53,262 bases of DNA from Trichodelitschia bisporula (taxonomy: Eukaryota): NCBI GenBank assembly GCA_010356995.1, contig ML996697.1:124001-177262 (forward strand). The letters run 5' to 3'. Positions 48,400 through 53,262 of the stretch are shown piece by piece. Position 1 is the stretch's first letter, and each line of letters begins with the position of its first letter. The notes below the pieces were generated by a model. That model saw only the letters and a program-made list of their open reading frames with translations, searched no databases and had not been told where the DNA came from. The position numbers and the translations under genes are program-made.

Positions 48400-51300
48400 T
48401 GTGAGAGAGATTGAGGTGGTGAGGAAGGTATGTGTGTTGATGTTGGAATGGACTTGGGAGTTCGGAGGGAGAGAGGCTTATGTAGTACAATGGGGTACGA
48501 TTAAGATTAAGCTCAATACCTCAAGAACCAGTGAATGGAAGTATTCAGAACGTTCGAATTGTTTTGCTGTCGAAGTGTTGGAGTGTTAATGTCCGAAAGT
48601 TGTGATACCACCCAGCAGTCGCGGGCGCTGCGCATCTTATATCCCATCGCACCTCACCACCCCGTCATGCACCCACGCAGCATCGCCCCTGCGCCCAAGC
48701 CAGGGTGGACCGCACACCACAGCCCTGCCAGCCCCATCAGCCGGGGTTCGTTTCGCAACGTCCATCAGGCTCTCTCCCGCACGGACACGGCCAACGATCT
48801 CCTCAGCAGCGGCGGCGTGTCGTCCGCGCGAGGTGCCCCGCCATGTGCTCAGCGGCTTCAGCCTCGTACGGGCGCTGGGCCCCACAACTGAGCGCCTGGT
48901 TTCGCGGACGAATGCCAAGCGGCTGACGCGTATACTCGCAGCTGTGCAGCGGTGCGAGTACGTCGCCGGCACCCCGCTCGACTGTCCGAGGCGGGGCGTG
49001 ATGCGGTCAGGCTGGGGCCGGGGGGGTGGTTGGTGGGGCGGGGATGGGGTAGGGATGATGTGGTGCGGGCCCTGGTGTTGGAACGATGCCGCTTCGGGAA
49101 ATGGGTCAGGTTGATGGATAAGGCTTCGACTGCGCCTGGGCGCGATGCGGCTGCGATGGGCGGGGAAGAAAGAGGGGCGGAGGGCCCAAGGCCTTCGGCG
49201 CGGCCTATTTTTGCAGTGATGCTCTCTGACACTGCGGGCCGCACGTAGGGCGCAGCGCTGAAACAGGTGGTGAGGCTGGACGCGGCGGTTTAGGAGCGGG
49301 GTGGGGAGTACGGTCGCGCGGCGTCGAGAATACGTGATGGATACAGTGACGCGGGGACGCGCAACGAGTTCAGTCGTGCGCCCACGACGTCAACGTTCAG
49401 GACAAGACACGCCGCGCGCGCACCCCGCTGTCTCGTCCACGCATACTGTACATCGCACCTGCGTGACGCGGCATGCCGCGGACAAAATCGCCGAAAGCTT
49501 AGGAGGCTTGATCTCATGTACGATGCGTCGCGGCCCAGCTTGGAGGCTGCAGCTACCGTACGGTAGAAACTGCAAAATCGGCAGTGATGTGATGTGGAGG
49601 CGTAGCGGGAGGCCGGGCAGTCGGGGCGTCCCGCACGCCGATGCGCCGACAACGCCAGCCGGGGAGGGCGGGGTTGATCCTCGCGGCGGGTGTGGCGGGC
49701 GGGTGGCCTTCTTCGCTATTCCTGTCGCAGGCGCAATCGGACATCAGGACCAATGAAAAAAAGCCCGGCGCATGCCTTGAGCGACGAAGAATCTTTCTGC
49801 TGCTTCGAAGGGAACGCGTGGACCTTTGCTTGGCTCCATCCGCGGTGCAATACATGTTCGCTGGGGAGACGTGGACGTTCGGCTGGTGATGCCGGATTCC
49901 CGTTCAGCTTTCTGCTTGTTTTGCTGACCGTGCTGGCTTTCAAGACTGAGGGTTGCTGAGAAAGGGGCGGTCGCGACGATCGCTCTGCTGATTAATGGCT
50001 TTGCGATGAATTGGAAAGCGAAGATGATGGGGCGCATGTTGAAGCAAGCTTCCATGTTGTGCGCGACGTCAACACGCCTCGCTCTACAACAGCCACACTA
50101 GTTCTAAAAATTAGGGCAAGGCTTCCGAGGGTCCGTTGAGCTTCTTTGGACGACAACAGCGCAGGATGCTCCATCCCGCCGAAGAGCTTCACCATACTTG
50201 GCAGATGATGAATCTGAATCATTCCTTCAACTCAGAAGTGGGCCTAGAGCCGCAATTACCACAGCGAATTCCCGAGTGAGATTACAGCCCGAAACCACGC
50301 TTAAACATTCGGCCGTCCGGTCACCACACTCGGACTGCGGTTTGTAACGTCAAGTGATTTCTGCGACATCTTGGTCATGTCAAACCGCTCGGGGATGTGG
50401 TTGATTATGTCTTAGACTGTGAGTGTATTTGCGCATCGGGAAGTTCCATCCAGTCCGAGTCCGAACTCCATCAAGAGCGGGCCGAATACAGAGAAAAGCG
50501 TGGGCCTGACGCTATTTTAGGAGGGGTCAGAAAAGGGCTCCAGTGTGGTAACCGTGCCTGTGACGGCATGGCCTTTGGTAGGCCTTTCATCATCTTAGCC
50601 GTCATTCAAGTCCAGACGGCAAGCAGTGTCATTCCGACCCCTTTCCCACTTCGCGAACCGTGTTTGCGCCCAGGAGCGCATCTGAAAAAAGTTGGGGCCA
50701 TGGGGACATCAGATGCCAGTTGTGGAGTGATGATATGTGGCGCATTAATGATCTAAGGGTTCCCGACATGCTGTGAGACCCTGTCGTACATCCGTGCTCA
50801 TGACGTTTGAGATCCTAACGATGGCCGCCCTGTGTTGATTAGCTGTACACACGGACCATTATTGAGCTCCGAAGGTCGAAAATTCTCCACCAAGGAAAGG
50901 ATCTCACACGTTCAGAGCTTCTTCTTTTGTTTAGCTGGTGCAATCAGCGCACACAAGGCTCCATCAGACATAGCTCCATTAGAGGCTGCCACCACCAGCC
51001 TTCCAGGCTATGGCTCCTCAATGTGGATCCGAATGACATTAGTTGCATAGAATGAGGGCGGATGAACGAACGACGTTGAAAGAGGACCATGACGTACTAT
51101 TTATGTACCGATCTTATCTTATCTGGTCTAGGGTTACATCACTTTGACATCTTCAACACCACCACCGCCACAACATCATGTCCAGGACTTTCATGCCGAG
51201 TCTATCGCGCTGTTTATTCTCATATCACATTGGGTCTCCTTCAGCATGGCCGGATGCTCATGATGAATTGTGCGATTTTGACCATGCAACCGGCATGGGG

Positions 51301-52277
51301 AGACCCGGCAGGCGGTATTGCAACAGTAAGCTTTGTGGGCTGAGAGGTGGCCATTCGGCTTCATTATATGCATACGGTGAAGAGCTACTGGGTGTATGGT
51401 TGTGCTGAGGTTCAACCCACTGTCGACTTAATTGGTTAGTTATGTCTTCCGTCTTCCATCGGTGGTAGTTGATTCTTCCAGGCCTGACATGATGTCAAAA
51501 ACTTCTCCAAGTCCCACGCGAGCGCGGCGACGACGAGAAAGGGGAACCCGTGCTTGCATGGCTGTTGTCGCTTGATCCACATGCTCGGCACGACAAGAAA
51601 AGTGGACATGCACATGGCTTTTCAAACACGATGCTTTCGAACGTGGTAGAGTCTGGAAGCGGCAGAGTGTCTAGAACTGCGTCCTTATGGTTCACGAGGG
51701 CGGGGCGAGACCATTATCTGGTAAAGGTAATTGCCTCCCCGACACACCGGGAAAACGTACGCGGAGATCCGATAGCGTACCATGGTCTATGGCTGCTCTG
51801 CTTCTCAAAGCTCCTATCCATAAACAGCAAAAGAAATGGCAAAAACATACAGCAGTTGGGATTCGCTGCTGACCACCCACGCAACTACTAGTCAACTGGT
51901 TCGGAGCTTAACTTCAGTGAGCAGACGGGGACTGGTGTTCTCTCTGACCTGTGTCCGTATCCTTAGCTCAATGAGGAAAGTGCTCAATCTGGACTATGCT
52001 ATGCATTGTCATCCATGCTAGCCAATACTTTCCTCCGTTTTGCCGCTAAATCCAGCGCCAGATTTCCTTCAATTGGAAATTACTGACGCGTTAAGTGATT
52101 TTATATGGGCAGTAACATGTGCTCGTCCTGCCCTCCGCATTGAGCCACAACGCCTCCCTTAAATCGCCCCGTCTTCGGCCTGTCGCCGGCTCCCCTCTCC
52201 AGAACCGGCCCGGTTGGACCTGCAAGCGAAGCATCATGAGTATCGGAAGGGTCATATCTCAATTAAGCGGGGGCGCC

Positions 52278-52558
52278 TGTTAGGACCCCTATCCCGTCTT
52301 CGCAGTGTCAGCTCTGCCTCGACGTGACTCAGGCAACACTACCTCGCACTCCGATTCTCCGAGTGGGGTGGCTAGGGGGCTAAGTATGGAGTTGTACCGT
52401 GGTGGGAAGGGAAGACGAGCCGAGGCAGTGACGCAGGTGGCGAGTGGGTTGGTGGCACGGTTGAAGTTGGTGGCGCGGGCGGAGGTGGCGCTCCAGAATC
52501 GGGCTCTCTGTAGGGTCTCAGATGACAAAGATAGGATTATTCGCCTAGCATCCTAACG
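52278..52558. mobile_element. Possible solo LTR (281 bp)
   Basis: Termini TGTTAGGA...TCCTAACG form an imperfect inverted repeat like typical TG...CA LTR ends. No TSD and no second copy in the window. Confidence 0.25.
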
Positions 52559-52978
52559 CAATTTCACGTCTTTATCGATGGAGATTAATGAGAGGACATG
52601 CTGTATGTGACCGTCTCCCTTTTCCGGCTTGGACCAGGTTGAGCTAGGGCCTGGGCCCGTCTTCGTCAACGCTTTGCTAGACACAAGAAGCTGGGAGTGG
52701 CAAACTTTCAACACAGCCACCACATTCCATCATATCTTTCTCTGCGTTGTGAAGGAATGGTTAATTCCAGATCCTTCCAGATCCACAATGTATTGAAGCT
52801 ATTACATCACTGATGGTGATATTTTCATCCGCCATTGCTACTATTTGTAATTGGAGGAATTCGATCTCAAAGCTGTCCCATTTCAATACGTAATTCATTG
52901 CCACTTTCGCTCTAAAAAAAAGGTATAAAAAGACAACGGACGCAACGGAGGTGGGTGGGGAGGAGGTTAAGAGACACT

Positions 52979-53262
52979 TCAGCAAATGAATTCCATGCAC
53001 AGCACTCGACCAGAGAAAAACCCCAAGCCAATCTTATCCCCGTGAATGGCGACGGCATTCGGACTGCGATAGTCGGCTGGAAGCCAAAGACGTTTTTCCG
53101 CGCCTATGGTTATCCATTCCTCGACAATTCTGAGACGTGGAGGATCCGATCCGGAACCTGGCGAGTGCTTGCCGTCCAGCGAGAAGGCCACGGCGTTGAT
53201 ATCCGAATGGCCCTCGAGCGTCTGCAGCGCCTTTCCCGAGCCGGCGTCCCACAGCCTGACCG
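52979..53262 (-). CDS. C-terminal end of a HET-E/HET-D-like WD40-repeat protein (likely NACHT-WD NLR); 5' part outside window
   Basis: VRLWDAGSGKALQTLEGHSDINAVAFSLDGK, then the typical tail EEWIT..KRLWLPADYR..AVAIHGDKIGLGFFSGRV. The NACHT domain is inferred, not seen. Confidence 0.8.
   Translation of the reverse strand, partial: VRLWDAGSGKALQTLEGHSDINAVAFSLDGKHSPGSGSDPPRLRIVEEWITIGAEKRLWLPADYRSPNAVAIHGDKIGLGFFSGRVLCMEFIC

Noticed and set aside
50321..50460. Inverted repeats ACTCGGACTG/CAGTCCGAGT and GCGGTTTG/CAAACCGC
   Set aside because: Stems are only 8-10 bp with poor extension, which is insufficient evidence for a structured RNA or MITE.
1..53262. CRISPR arrays, tRNA, rRNA or spliceosomal snRNA genes
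   Set aside because: The DNA is eukaryotic, the repeats lack unique spacers, and no cloverleaf or recognisable rRNA/snRNA consensus was seen by eye.

Overview
Eukaryotic, GC-rich filamentous ascomycete (Pezizomycotina-like) genomic DNA with short (44-62 bp) GT-AG introns and CTRAC/CTAAC branch sites, so most ORF-track entries are exon fragments or antisense shadows. Intact genes: a secreted mucin-stalked GH114 (Ega3-like) hydrolase, a DHA1-type MFS transporter, isocitrate lyase, the HAS1 DEAD-box helicase, a 1710-aa disordered protein, a hypothetical protein, a SIRT4-like sirtuin, a Myb/SANT protein, an MMT1/2-like mitochondrial CDF transporter, xylulokinase and a GPI-anchored Trp/Gly-rich protein. 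Partial genes lie at both ends, and the right-hand one is a HET-E/D-like WD40 C-terminus. Accessory DNA includes two disrupted, tandem, acidic repeat-protein paralogues (about 8.7-14.0 kb), a scrambled Ty1/copia relic (34.5-35.2 kb) and two diverged copies of a ~165-bp LTR-like repeat. The most unexplained structure is a ~177-nt fold-back at 32742-32918 whose non-Watson-Crick pairs are almost all G-U on the + strand (pre-milRNA-like). I found no convincing novel multi-gene system. All family calls come from motif recognition by eye, with no database search.
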